From: Octopus vulgaris
Lineage: Eukaryota
Assembly (NCBI GenBank): GCA_951406725.2
Contig: OX597814.1
Location: forward strand, 71,548,001 to 71,612,000
Length of the DNA: 64,000 nt
Direction of reading: 5' to 3'
Part shown: one piece after another, positions 10,758 through 23,390 of the stretch
How positions within the stretch are numbered: position 1 is the stretch's first letter
Layout of the letters: every line of letters starts with the position of its first letter
Program-made: the position numbers and the translations under genes
Notes under the pieces: generated by a model
The model's database searches: none
The model's input: only the letters and a program-made list of their open reading frames with translations
What the model was told of the DNA's origin: nothing

Positions 10758-13658
10758 ATCATCATCATCATCGTTTAACGTCCACTTTCCATGCTAGCAT
10801 GAGTTGGATGATTTTGACTGAGGGCTGGCAAACCAGATGGCTGCACCAGGCTCCAATCTTGATCTGGCAGAGTTTCTACAGCTGGGTGCCCTTCCTAATG
10901 CCAACCACTCCGAGAGTGTAGTGGGTGCTTTTTACATGCCACCGGCATGGGGGCCAGTCAGGCGGTACTGGCAACGACCTCGCTCGAATCTTTTTACACG
11001 TGCCAGTGAAGCGATGTTGGTAACGATCACGCTCGAATGGTGCCCTTTTACGTGCCACGGGTACGGAAGCCAGTTGGCTGCTCTGGCAACGATCACGCTT
11101 GGATTGGTACCCTACTAGCACATGCACAAGTGCCAGTAAGGCAACACTGGTAACGATCATACTCAAATGGTGCCCTTTTATGTGCCACTGGCATGGAAGC
11201 TGGTGTCAACGATCACACTTGTATGGTGCTTTTTGCACCCCGCTAGCACGGATGCCAGTCATCGAATTGATTTTGGTTTTGATTTCACTTGCCTCAACAG
11301 GTCTTCGCAAGCAGAGTTTAGTGACCAAAGAAAGAAAAGGTATGTATAAGCGGGCTGGTTACGCTCCTGGCAAAGGCCACAGGTTATGGTCTCATTTGGC
11401 TTGCCGAGTCTTCTCAAGCACAGCATATTTCCAAAAGTCTCGATCGCTAGTCATTTCCTTGGTGAGGGCTAATGTTTGAAGGTCATGCTTCACCACTTCA
11501 TCCCAGGTCTTCCTGGGTCTACATCTTCCACAGGTTCCCTCAACTGCTAGGATGTGGTACTTTTTCACACAGTTATCCTCATCTATTCTCACCACATGAC
11601 CATAATAGAGCAGTCGTCTCTCATGCACACCACATCTAATGCCTCTTAGGTCCAACTTTTCTCTCAAGGTACTTACACTAACATTACACATTCATAGGAT
11701 CATACTGGCTTCATTCTTTGCGAGCTTACGCATGTCCTCAGCAGTTACAGCCCATGTTTCACTGCCATGTAGCATGGCTGTTCGTACACATGCATCATGC
11801 AGCCTACCTTTTACTCTGAGCGACAGGCCCTTTGTCACCAGCAGAGGTAATAGCTCTCTGAACTTTGCCCAAGCTATTCTTATTCTAGCAGCTACACTTT
11901 CAGCGCACCCTCCTCCGCTACTGACTTGGCCACCGAGGTAATGTAAGCTATCAAATACTTCTAGTTTTTCTCTCTGGAATGTGGCGGAAGTTGGTATCTG
12001 TGCATTGTCAGTGTTTATTGCACCCGAGCATCTGCCACATACAAAAGCTATCTTCCCAGTTAGCCTTCCTTTGATATTACTGCACCTCTTATGTGTCCAT
12101 AGCTTACACTGGGTACATCTTATAGAGTTTCTACCTATGCCTCTACTACAGATCGAGCAGGGATTTGTGGATTGCCTGCCTTACTACTTATTAGGACTTT
12201 GGTTTTAGCTAGGTTGATTCTAAGGCCCTTCGATTCTAATCTTTGTTTCCACACTTGAAACTTCTCCTCTAGTTCTGATAGTGACTCAGCAATTAGAGCA
12301 AGGTCGTCAGCATTGAGGAGCTCCCAGGGGCACCCAGTCTTGAATTCCTCCGTTATTGCCTGGAGGACTATGATAAATAGGAAGGGGCTGAGGACTGAAC
12401 CCTGGTGGACCCCTACCTCTACCTTGAATTCTTCAGTGTACTCGTTGCCAACCCTTACCTTACTTACAGCATCCCTGTACATGGCTCGCACAGCTCTCAC
12501 TAACCATTTATCTATCCCTAGTTTCCTCATTGACCACCAGATAAGGGATCGGGGGACCCTGTCAAAGGCTTTCTCCATGTCAACGAAAGCCAGGTACAGG
12601 GGCTTATCTTTGGCTAAGTATTTCTCCTGCAGCTGTCTTACCAGAAATATGCCATCAGTGGTGCTTTTCCCTGGCATGAAACCAAACTGCATCTCATCCA
12701 AGCTAACTCTCTCCCTAATCAGTTGGGCTACGACTCTCTCTGTAACCTTCATTACCTGATGCAACAGCTTGAGACCTCTGTAATTATTTGTATCTAAAGC
12801 GTCACCTTTACCTTTGTAGCAGTTGACTATTATGCTGCTACACCAGTCATTGGGTATGACTCCTTCATGTATCACCTGGTTAACTATACGAGTGACTAGG
12901 CTATAGCCGACACTGCCAGATATTTTGAGCATATCTGCAGTAATTCCTGATGGGCCTGGGGCTTTCCCTGTCTTCATGCTTCTAATTGCTATAACTACCA
13001 AGGAACTGTCAACTCGGATAGCTGGTCCCTCTGTTGGGTCGACATTCAGCAGACTCTCTTTATCCCATTCATTTTCTTTATTCAGCAACCTTTCATAGTG
13101 GCGTCTCCAAACCTCTCTCTTTGCATCCTCATTTAGTGCAAATGAACCATCATCCATGCGAACACTTTTCTCTCCTACCACATCATGATTCTCTCTCACA
13201 CACTGTCTTGCAACACGAAATATGTCAAGTCTTTGGTCCTTAAGGTGCATAATATTGGCAAATTTTTTCTTATCTGCTTCCCCTCTGGCTAAATAAACCT
13301 GCCTCCTAGTTTCCCTTCTAGCAGTCTGATACACTTCCCTGCTACCACCATTCTTCCAGTCCTTCCAAGCCTGTTTCTATTGTCTAATAGCCTTGTCAAC
13401 AACATTGTTCCACCACTACGTTATTTTGGGTCGAGAGGGGACTTTGCACCATCCCCTCTCGAGTGAAAGCTGGTCAATGGCCCTAAGCAGGTTGTCCCGT
13501 AGGAACCTCCAGTTGTCTTCTATACCATGTGAAGCTATATCCCCTTCTATTTCATCAAAGGCTCTGAGTAATATGTCTCTAAATCTCTGTCCATTTGCAG
13601 GATCTATTAGTCTCCAGACCCTTCTTTTCCTTGCGGATCGTCTTCTGGGCATCCATTT
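10758..13658 (-). mobile_element. 5'-truncated RTE LINE with (GAT)n tail
   Basis: 3' end GCATGGAAAGTGGACGTTAAACGATGATGATGAT; 3' UTR with ~55-65-bp tandem units; RT coding region upstream. Confidence 0.93.
11392..13652 (-). pseudogene. RTE reverse transcriptase, frameshifted
   Basis: ORFs 13416-13652, 12135-13334 (KAPGPSGI, NYRGLKLL, QFGFMPGKSTTD, FVDMEKAFDRV, GVHQGSVLSPFLF, NADDLAL) and 11392-11691 (RRLLYYGHVVR, GRCRPRKTW). Confidence 0.92.
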
Positions 13659-14696
13659 AATGATAAATGGTGTATTTCTTAAAACTTCTAATTATCAAAA
13701 AAAACAAACAAAAAAAAACAGGTATGAAAATGGCATGGCTGATAAGCAAAACTACTGAATGGAGTATTGTAGTTATTTACAGGTATACCAAGGTAAGGAG
13801 ATTACTGACTCAACCAGCTGGCACACGCATACAACACACACACACAACACATACACTAAGTTGAAGGTTTTACTTATTTATTTTGCATTTATCCAGTAGA
13901 ACATAAAAAGATCAACTCAGGAAACCTTGAAATTTAATATATATATAAAATAAAAGTGAACACACAAGTAATATAACCACTGCTAAGTCTACTATATTAA
14001 ATTTTTGTCCAGTGTGTATAAAATAATTATAGTTCATTAGATAGTAAATAAAGTATTTGATAGAACATATCAGATTTCATGATCATGATGTCTACAACGA
14101 ATAACTTTGAGAAGAAATTGACAAATTATCTCTCAGTAGCTAGTTTTTGAGACCCTTACAAAGAAGACAACAGAGAAGAAGAATAGAAAACCAGCATTGA
14201 ACCATACAACATAATTCTGAAATAGTAAAGTATATCAATGATAGGGAAAAATATTGCAAACAGAATTATATTTATATTTTACTTGTATACATTTACTTGA
14301 ATATATTTATTGTTACTTATATAGGAACTATATTTATTATGGACAAAAAAACAAAAAAAAAACAAAAACATATGCATACACACATGCATTAACATTATTC
14401 ACCAAACAATATTAGTAGTTAGTTAACAGAAATATGTTAATATACTAGCTGAGAGAGATGGGGGAAAAATAAAATAAAATATGATTAAATATTGTTGCCA
14501 GTTTAATCATATGAACATAATATAACAGTTGCTATCAAAATATATTGGAAAAGAAAGACTGAAAGAAAATAATTGTCTTTCACAACTAATTGATGGAGTT
14601 TTAAACAAAAACAAAATTTAGAAACTATTTTCTTAAAAAAACAACTGAAGAAAGTAAAGAAGGTGTTATTACTGTGCAAAACACACTACTATAAAT

Positions 14697-15064
14697 AACA
14701 AGAGCACTCAAAGAGCATAAACCTCAGCCAAAGCAACACCAAAGTCCTCTCAACGATTAGCCAGAGATGATTTTTAAAATGAGAATATCTGAAATAAACT
14801 CAACTGCTCTCACAAACGAGAATACTAAAAATGAACCCAATGGCTCTCAAAAATTAAGTAAAAAAACTGGAAAAATGATCCATAATCCTTGTCCAGTACC
14901 AGATTGATCCCAAAATCTAATCAGTTCATGCCAGTCATGAGGCCAAACATCTCTGAAAGTTTCCTCCAAATCCATCCAGGGGTTCTTGAGATATAATGTC
15001 CATGAACAAACAAACAAACACAACTGAAAACAATACCTCCATTTCACTAAGGCAGAGGTAATAA
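14697..15064 (-). mobile_element. Helentron-associated non-autonomous element (HINE/DINE-1-like)
   Basis: On the minus strand: 5' TTATTACCTCTGCC, internal (TTTG)n, then a 3' sub-terminal inverted copy GGCTGAGGT followed by a small hairpin GCTCTTTGAGTGC and TCTTGTT. This is the asymmetric subTIR plus 3' hairpin architecture described for HINEs. Confidence 0.55.
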
Positions 15065-15541
15065 ACATGTAAATCTATCTAACAGAAAATCATTTGAATC
15101 TTTTTATGTTGTATAAGATTTAGAACTTGGCATTTCAAAGAAAAATTAAATCTGTCCCAAAATAGGAGAATATTTAAATAAATTTTCAGTTACTCTAACA
15201 TTATGTCCCTCTGAAATAAGGAAATCAAACACATTTGTGCAATTCTAAAATATCATTTCAAACGTTTTCCTAGTAATGTACATTTTTGTTAGAATTTTGC
15301 TGACTTTTGTTCAACAGTATCAGTAGGCTTTGTCACATAAATCAGAGAGATAGTGATTTAACAACAGAAAATAGAAAGATAAGCTGTAAATTTTAAAGAA
15401 CCTTAGAAAATATGTAGATTAGCTGAATAGGGAAAGTAAAAAGAAAACATACAAGAAACTTTTTTTTATAAAAAAAAAAATTGAGAGATAAAAGGAAAAG
15501 TAACAGAGAGAAAATATATACAGCCTCCATACTTTAAGGGG

Positions 15542-15652
15542 ATTTGGGGAAATGGACAGTTTTGCAGATCTCTGAACAGACTAATTCCTGACCAGAGGAC
15601 TGGTCAGGAATTAGTCTGTTCAGAGATCTGCAAATCTGACCATTTCCCAAAT
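15542..15652. repeat. Near-perfect palindrome (35-bp perfect stem, 4-nt loop, extends to ~54 bp)
   Basis: TTTGCAGATCTCTGAACAGACTAATTCCTGACCAG (15561-15595), loop AGGA, exact reverse complement at 15600-15634; flanks ATTTGGGGAAATGGACAG and CTGACCATTTCCCAAAT extend it imperfectly. Confidence 0.95.
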
Positions 15653-15724
15653 TACATATTTATGTGTATATAAGTGAAGTGGGGAAGTAAATATTTCATC
15701 ATCATCATCATTTAACGTCCGTTG

Positions 15725-16572
15725 TCATGGTTGTGAAATATGGGCCGTGACTGCTGAGGATATGCATAAGCTTGCAAGAAATGAAGCTAATATGCTCCAC
15801 TGGATGTGTAATATCAGTGTGCATGCACAGCAGAGTGTAAGTACCCTGAGGGAAAAGTTGGACAGAAGAAGCATCAGATGTGGTGTGCAAGAGAGATGAT
15901 TGCGCTGGTATGGTCATGTGTTGTGTATGGTTGAGGACAGCTGTGTGATAAAGTGTCACACCCTAGCAGGAGAGGGAACCTGTGGAAAAAGTAGACCCAG
16001 GAATACCTGCGATGAGGTGGTGAAGCATGACCTTTGAATGTTGGGCCCCATGGAGGCGATGACGAGATATGTTGTACTTGAGAAGACTCGGCAAGTCAAG
16101 TGAGACCGTAACTGTGACCTATGCCAGTGCAGCATAACCAGCCCATTTAAGAGTACCCTTCAATCATTGGGCAATAAACAGTGCTTGTGAAGACCTGTAG
16201 AGTCAAGTGAAGTCATTGTTGTGGCCGATGCCAGTATCACCTGACTGGCATCCATGCTGGTAGCACGTAAAAAGCATAATTTGAGCATGGTCATTGCCAG
16301 TGCTGCCTGACTGGCTCCCATACCGGTGGCACATAAAAAGCACCATTTAAGTGTGGTTGATGCCAGTATCACCTAACTGGCCCACATGCTGGTGGCATGT
16401 AAAAAGCACCCTCTACACTCCTGGAGTAATTGGTGTTAGAAAGGGCATCCAGCTGTACAAAATTTGCCAAATTAGATTGGAGCCTGGTACAGCCTTCTGG
16501 CTTGCCAGTCCTCAGTCAAACTGTCCAATCCATGCCAGCATGGAAAGCGGACATTAAATGATGATGATGCTG
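15725..16572 (+). mobile_element. RTE LINE 3' fragment
   Basis: Decayed HGCEIWAVTAEDMHKLARNEANMLHWMCN..LRWYGHV..RPRNT coding; 3' UTR repeats; tail GGAAAGCGGACATTAAATGATGATGATG. Homologous to 10758-11800. Confidence 0.88.
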
Positions 16573-16574
16573 AT

Positions 16575-16795
16575 GAGCTTCATCAAGGATTTGAGCTCTG
16601 AGATAGTTGTACAGTTCAACCTGTTTGAGCCTCTTGCTGTCCATTTTGATGTTACCATTCACTTTCTCTTTTCCTCTGACCATGACTTTTGTTTTCTTAT
16701 GGTTGATATAAAGACATGTGTATTTGATACCTTCTTGACTCTATCATTTCTCATAGACCAGCTTCAGAGTTGGCAAGTAGAGCAGTATCATCTGC
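16575..16795 (-). pseudogene. Old RTE-like RT fragment
   Basis: Minus-strand ADDTALLANSEAGL...IN.KKTKVMV...KRLKQVE with stops and frameshifts. Confidence 0.55.
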
Positions 16796-18658
16796 ATTAC
16801 TTCAGATTATGAATATGCAAACCATATATTTTGATGGCACCTTCCTGTATTGCTTTTCACATTATCCACTCAGTGAGTAATGAGAGAAGGAATATAATAT
16901 TCATAAAAATCTTTAAGCAGTGTTCTTCAAACAAAAAAGTTTATAAAAAAATGTTATTGAGGAGGTAGATAATAGCTATGTTTGTCATATTTTTCTCCAA
17001 TGGTTAAGTCAAAGGAAGAATGTAGGAAAGTAGTGTCCCTTTCAAGAAAATAGGGGAAAGAAAGAAGGAAGTATTGCTATTAGCCAGGATTCTGATCCTT
17101 ATAAATAGCTCAACTGTCCCTTCAAAAATCAGTGGTATTATACAAGGTGCAGCAGGAAGTACTATATCAAAATATTAAGTCATCCTCAGACGAGAAACAT
17201 CATAGTCCAAATGCTTGTGACAAAAGGAACTCAGCTAAAGGTACCCCAAAACTGAAGGGTGGTGTTAAATGGAGTGAGAATACTGTGTTTAAGTAGCAGG
17301 ATGTGAAAAAGGATGTTTAATGATAAATGGTAATATAGGAAATTTATGAATACTAAGGAAAAGAAAGATGTGTTTGTATGTATAAACATGCATATGTGCA
17401 GCTCGTGTCTTACAGCAATCTTAAAACCATATGTATTTAAATAAATACGATAAAATAGAAAGTGTTTTTTTATCATTATTATTGGTAATTAATTGCTACA
17501 TTACAATATAAAACATGAATTTAAAATATGGATGAAATGCATGCTATACATTAAGATATTACCACTTCACACAAGGTTCTTTATTTACCCAGATTTCAAG
17601 TAAACGGATCACAATAAAATCCTCCACTATAATATGAAAAGCTGCACTGATGTATAATATGTAACAGATTTAAGTTGATTCAACCAGTTTCCTAGAATGT
17701 ATTGATGAAGAAGAAAATAAAATCTATATGAATGTTCTTTTTCTTATCTATAATGTTCTGTTCTTTGATAATGATTTAAGTCTCAGTCTTCATCAGTTCA
17801 TTACATTTACCATTTCCATTAATATACTTTCATTGTTGTGGAGTGAATATTAATTTAAGTATCATATTCATAAATAATTTAAATAATGCAGTCTGTTATT
17901 TAAAGTAATTTAAAAGTTAAAACATTTTAATAATTAAATGGACACTGTTTCTATTGTTATTCTTCTAAATATTATCTTCATATCATTCTGTCTTCAGTAA
18001 AAATAATAGTCATATCTTGGAAATATAAACTATAAATATAATGGGACAGTGCAAGAAGGAGATAAAGAAAAGGATTCAGAATAGACAAACTAGTGCTTCA
18101 ATTAATGTAAAGAAATGGTGATAAAACCTGAATAATCAATTAAGTGCTTTCATTACAAGTGAAAAAAAAAAGTTGCTGTTAATTGTAAAGGAGTACAGAG
18201 ATAATGATGATGATGATGAAGGTGGTGGTGTTGGTGATTGTGATGTTAGATCTTATTAAATGGTTAGATATTTATATGAAAGTGAATTTAGATAATATAG
18301 ACAAAGAACAAAAGTTCTATTTCACTGTAGAAAATAAAATTTAGTATTAGTACTGATATTTAATCTATTAAAGGATTAAAATCTGCTTGCTCTTGTTTCT
18401 GCTAAACAATGTCTAATGACTTGCATACTCCATTAGAAAGTGTTTCTCTCCTAACTGAAGTATATAAAGTTTACAATGAACTGAAACCAGGGAACACACA
18501 CAAAAAAAGAAAATTACTCGATAAAAATAACACACACACAAAGAACACAATTGATGTCAAAATTGTTGAGTCATAAGGTATCCTACATTACTTATTTAAG
18601 TTAACATAGCTAAAAATGTATACTGATTCCAATTTATAATTAACTGTAAAACTATGTG

Positions 18659-18700
<42 letters not shown>

Positions 18701-19271
18701 CAATTTACCAAACCAACCAAACTTGCTAGCATGACAAAACAGATAGAAGACCAATATGAACTTTTGCCCAAATAGATTCAATTTTACTGATGCAACATTT
18801 TAACATAGATGAAAAAAATCTTGTCAGAATTTCCAACCATGAGTTTTTAGTTGTTTGAACTGAATTACCTGTTCGTTAAATTAGCTAGTGGCTGAGTATC
18901 TTACAGATATGTGAAATGGATAAACTATTAAATTACAGATCCAACCTACCCTAGAAGCCATCCACATAGTTTCCCTCCACTCATTTTCATTCACAAAGCT
19001 TGAAGTGGTGTGAGGTTTGGACACTTGCCCAAGATACCATGCAGCAGGAGTGAACCTAGGACCTCATAATTGCAAAACAAATAACTTAAACATTCAGCTA
19101 TATTGCATCTTATAAACATACAAAAATTGAAATCCTTTAGATGAACTCTAATCCAAGAAAATGTATACAAAGCTGGCCATGTAATTAAGAAGTTTGCTTC
19201 ACAACCACAGTCTTGGTTTAATCCCATTGTGCAAACTTCTATGTAAATGTTAAACCATTAAAATCAATTAT

Positions 19272-19489
19272 TCTTTTATTCTTTTAATTGTTTCATTCAT
19301 TTGATTGCAGCCATGCTGGAGCAACACCTTTAGTCAAACAAATCAACCTCAAGACTTATTCTTTGTAAGCCTAGTACTTATTCTATCAGTCCCTTTTACC
19401 AAACTGCTAAGTTACAGGCCATAAACACTAACATCGGTGGTCAAATGATGGTAGAGGGACAAACAGACACCCAAATACATACCTATCTA

Positions 19490-19533
<44 letters not shown>

Positions 19534-19668
19534 CAACGGGCTTCTTTCAGTTTCCGTCTACCAAATCCACCCACAAGGCTTTGGTCAGCCCAAGGCTATA
19601 ATAGATGACACTTGCCCAAGTGACATGCAGTGGGACTAAACCAAGCTTCTTACCACACAGTCACTCTG
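19272..19668 (-). mobile_element. tRNA-derived SINE, same family as 514-945, with internal (TA)n
   Basis: Reverse complement of head (TGACTGTGTGGTAAGAAGCTTG), core (CTTGGGCAAGTGTC), GGATTTGGTAGACGGAAACTGAAAGAAGCC, (TA)n and tail (GCTCCAGCATGGC). Confidence 0.85.
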
Positions 19669-19910
19669 TAATGACAGATTTAAATATGAAACAAAAACTA
19701 AGAAGGGAGATATTCTTTGTTCACTTATTTTATTATACACCATTTTTATTTTGTATGCTCTTGTGGGTGGAATAATAAGATGAATAAATTTGTAGCTTCT
19801 TGGGGTATAATTAATTCTACATCTGTGTTGATTCTACCTTTAATTATTTACTAAAAGTAAAAAGAGAATAAGTTCTTTTTCCAAGTCAACCATATTCAGA
19901 AAGTAGAATT

Positions 19911-20128
19911 GTGTGTGTCTTTGTGTCTGTTTGTCCCCCACCATTGCTTGACAACCAGTGTTGGTGTGTTAACCCCTCACCCCCATAACTTAGCAGTTTG
20001 GCAAAATAGGCTGATACAATAAGTACCAGGCTTAGATAAAAAGAAAAGAAGTACTGAGGTCAACTAAAAATTTCTTCAAGACTATGCTCCAGCATGGCCA
20101 CAATCTAATGACTGAAACAAGTAAAAAA
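19911..20128 (+). mobile_element. SINE 3' half
   Basis: GTCCCCCACCATTGCTTGACAACC...CTCCAGCATGGCCACAATCTAATGACTGAAACAAGTAAAAAA matches 745-935. Confidence 0.8.
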
Positions 20129-21235
20129 TACATTAAGTATATTAGCAGATTAAGATGCTTACAGATCTGAACATGTTAAGTACTTACAAAGTAAGCCTAA
20201 CATGACTTCATACAAGTTAGACAAATGGTTTCACTACAATATATGGCTGCGAGACAATATAATTTCTAACAAAATCTTAAATAAGTTATCTAAAAAAATA
20301 CTGAATCCAACAACTGAAACCAAATCCTGAATAGTGAAATATATACAGATGAAATACATGCCTTAAAAAGAAAAGTATTTTTAAAATATAAAAAAACCCA
20401 AAAGAAAACAATAATTGCACATGACCAAGAACAGCTAAAGGGAAGAGCTTTCAGAATTGTTGAGTAATATAGAAAATAACTACTTAATGCCTATGTTTAT
20501 GTCACTAAATGTTAGCATATTTTTCATCACCTGTAGTACATTATTATATGGACAAGCAACTTATAGAGAGTAAAATAAAGAAGTAGATTTTGTATATCTA
20601 CCAAAGGGGATTGCATTTTCTCAATATTTTTCAAACTTTGTATGATGACGATGATAACGATGGTGATAGTAGGAGTAGGAGGAAGAGGAGGAGGGAAAGA
20701 AAATTTGAGTCTCTTCTGAAGGTCTATTAGAAGTTGATTTCAATCAACTGTTGATACTGAAATTCTAAAAATCCCCAACAACTAAGGGTGGGGGGGTGGG
20801 GGAGTACAAAATTCCTAAGCAATTTTCTGTAACCAAAATCTTTACAGATATAATGGAATTTTTGGCTAATTTTTATAGTTTAAAAAGCCACTATCATACC
20901 CTACTTGTTATTGAAATGGAAATGACAATAAAATTAAATTCCTTGAATGTATTGACAAAATAGCAAAAAAGGGAAGGAAAATATAACTACATATACATAA
21001 CCAACTACCCTATGTTATACACTGTGAGAGTCTTCATACAGTGCACAGACACACACACACTCTAAGGGGTGACAGGCTGAAAAAAAGTTACATCTGGCCA
21101 CTTAGGATAAAGTATTTAACATAAGTCTGAGAGTAAATAAAAATATTTAGTCTATAATCATTAGTCTGATAAAATATATATTTTGTTTCACTTTTGGCTC
21201 ATCAGGAACTTTCACTCTTGTATGTATATAAATAT

Positions 21236-22806
21236 ATTACATGGAAAAATGTGAGCAAGAGAAATAATATTCTTAAGATTATAAACCTGGAAAATTACAG
21301 CATAAGTTATTACATTTGGAAAAGATCAGGACAGCTTCTCAAACGTGGCAGGCACTTCCTTTTACACCAGCTTTCTATTTTCTTCCAGTACTGTCTCAAC
21401 AATGGTGCTACTCCGGAGCAGTGGAAAACTGCCAGTGTCATTCCTCTGTTCAAAAAGGGTGACCGCACATCACCTGTCAACTATCGCCCAGTCAGTCTCA
21501 CTAGCTGTATTGCAAAACTGATGGAATCGTGTGTCAGAGAAACACTCTGGAACTTCTGGAGCTCTCACAGTCTCATCCGACCCTCACAATATGGATTTGT
21601 CCCTAACTCCAGCTGCAGTGACCAGCTTGTCGAGTTCCTTGAGGACATTACTCAGATCACTGACAGTGGCTCATGGGTGGATGTTGTCTACCTTGACTTT
21701 GCTAAGGCTTTCAACTCTGTGCCACACAAAAGGCTTATGGTGAAACTCTCTGCAATGGGTGTGGGGGATGACCTTTTTAACTGGTTGAAATCCTTCATCC
21801 TCAGCCGAAAGGAGGTAGTCACAGTTCTAGGACAGCACTCTACACCATATGAGATGTCATCGGGTGTACCACAGGGATCTGTCCTTGGTCCCCTCCTGTT
21901 TGTGGCATACATTAATGACATAGATGCCAATTTAAAGAATGCCACAGTATTGAAATATGCAGACGACATCAAGCTGTACCTTGAAATCAAGAGGACTGAT
22001 CCTGATGTCTACAACTCTTTCCTGCAATCAGACCTAGACACAATGCAGCAATGGATCACAGACTGGCAACTGAAACTGGCTGTGGACAAGTGTAACACCA
22101 TGCATTTTGGGAGAAAAAACCCTGCGTCCACATACTCCCTCCACAACACTGATATCAAGAAATCCTCTTGCGAGCGTGACCTAGGCATCACTGTCAGCAG
22201 TGATTTGCGTTGGACAAAGCATATCTCTAAAATTGTCAAGAAGGCCGAGGGTGTCTTGGCATCACTCAGCAAGACTTTTGTTAGCCGCTCTCCAGCCATC
22301 TATTTAAAACTGTATACAGCTATGGTACGACCACACTTGGAATTCGCATCATCAGTTTGGAATCCCTATCTTGCTCAGAACATTGACCTCCTGGAGACGT
22401 GCAACCAAACGCATACCCTCCATCAGACACCTACCATATTCTGAGCGCCTTGTTTCCCTGGGCATGGATTCACTGAAGCTCCGGCGTCTAGCGACGGACT
22501 TGGTAAACACCCACAAGGTTATCAACCACCTCACCAACAACAACACTGAACACCTTTTTGATCTCCATGTGTCTAACACATGTGGACATGCCTACAAAGT
22601 CAGAAAACAGCACAGCTCCCATGACTTTCGGAAACATTTTTTCACGCTCAGGGTTGCTGAAGCGTGGAATAAACTGCCTGCATCAGTTGTTGACTGCCAT
22701 GACACTGCATCCTTTAAGGCCCTCATGCTTCCCGAAATCCGTCGAAACTACACCTGATTATATATACACTTTAGATGAGTTGTAGTGCACCTGAGCACTG
22801 TACACA

Positions 22807-22838
<32 letters not shown>

Positions 22839-23390
22839 ATCTGGTAAAGTACAGAACAAGAAAATTTTTACTTAAAATATTGCAGCTAAGAATAAAATTT
22901 CAAATAAATATTTAGATTTAGAAAATATTAGCTTTTATTAAAACTAAAAACTTTTAAATCTACCTATATCAACAAATTCACAGTAAAATTTGCTTGAGTT
23001 ATTGCCCAAGTTATTGTCAAGTCTTCACATTTTTAGTTTTGACCCAATGCCTATTTTTGACATAATGAATTTGCCTACTTTGCATAAAACTTTAGCTATA
23101 TAGGTACTTCTGGCTCTCATTTTTAAGTATTCTAATGTGTCAATATTTTAACAAAATAATTGTACCTTTTTTTAATTATAATGTTACTTTGTAAATTAAA
23201 ATCAAATAATTTTTCATATTCAAATTTTATCCTTAGCTGCAATATGTTAAGTAAAAATTTTCTTGTTCTGTACTTTACCAGATGTAATAAGTTGTCCTGA
23301 ACTTTTCCAAGAGTAATAACTTGTCCTGTAATTCTCCAGGTTTATAATCTTAAGGATATTATTTCTCTTGCTTGCATTTTTCCATGTAAT
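21236..23390. mobile_element. Long-TIR foldback MITE interrupted by a CR1 insertion
   Basis: Left arm 21236-21337 joined to 22833-~22905 is the reverse complement of ~23220-23390; the arms are built of ~28-bp sub-repeats (TTATTACATCTGGAAAAGTTCAGGACAAC-like). Confidence 0.8.
21338..22835 (+). mobile_element. 5'-truncated CR1-group LINE with (TTA)n tail; RT nearly intact
   Basis: [74 protein letters not shown]; frameshift near 22395; C-terminus ends 22757; (ATT)n tail ~22806-22836. Confidence 0.93.

Noticed and set aside
10930-11260. CRISPR-like repeat/spacer look of the RTE UTR units (also ~31085-31290)
   Set aside because: Units are degenerate, the variable parts are homologous to each other, and they lie inside an RTE 3' UTR.
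10745-13672. TSD for the long RTE copy (AATGAGAAA vs AATGATAAA)
   Set aside because: Short, AT-rich, imperfect and not flush with the tail; compatible with chance.
20786-20802. G-quadruplex-capable G-run
   Set aside because: An isolated simple G tract with no associated feature.
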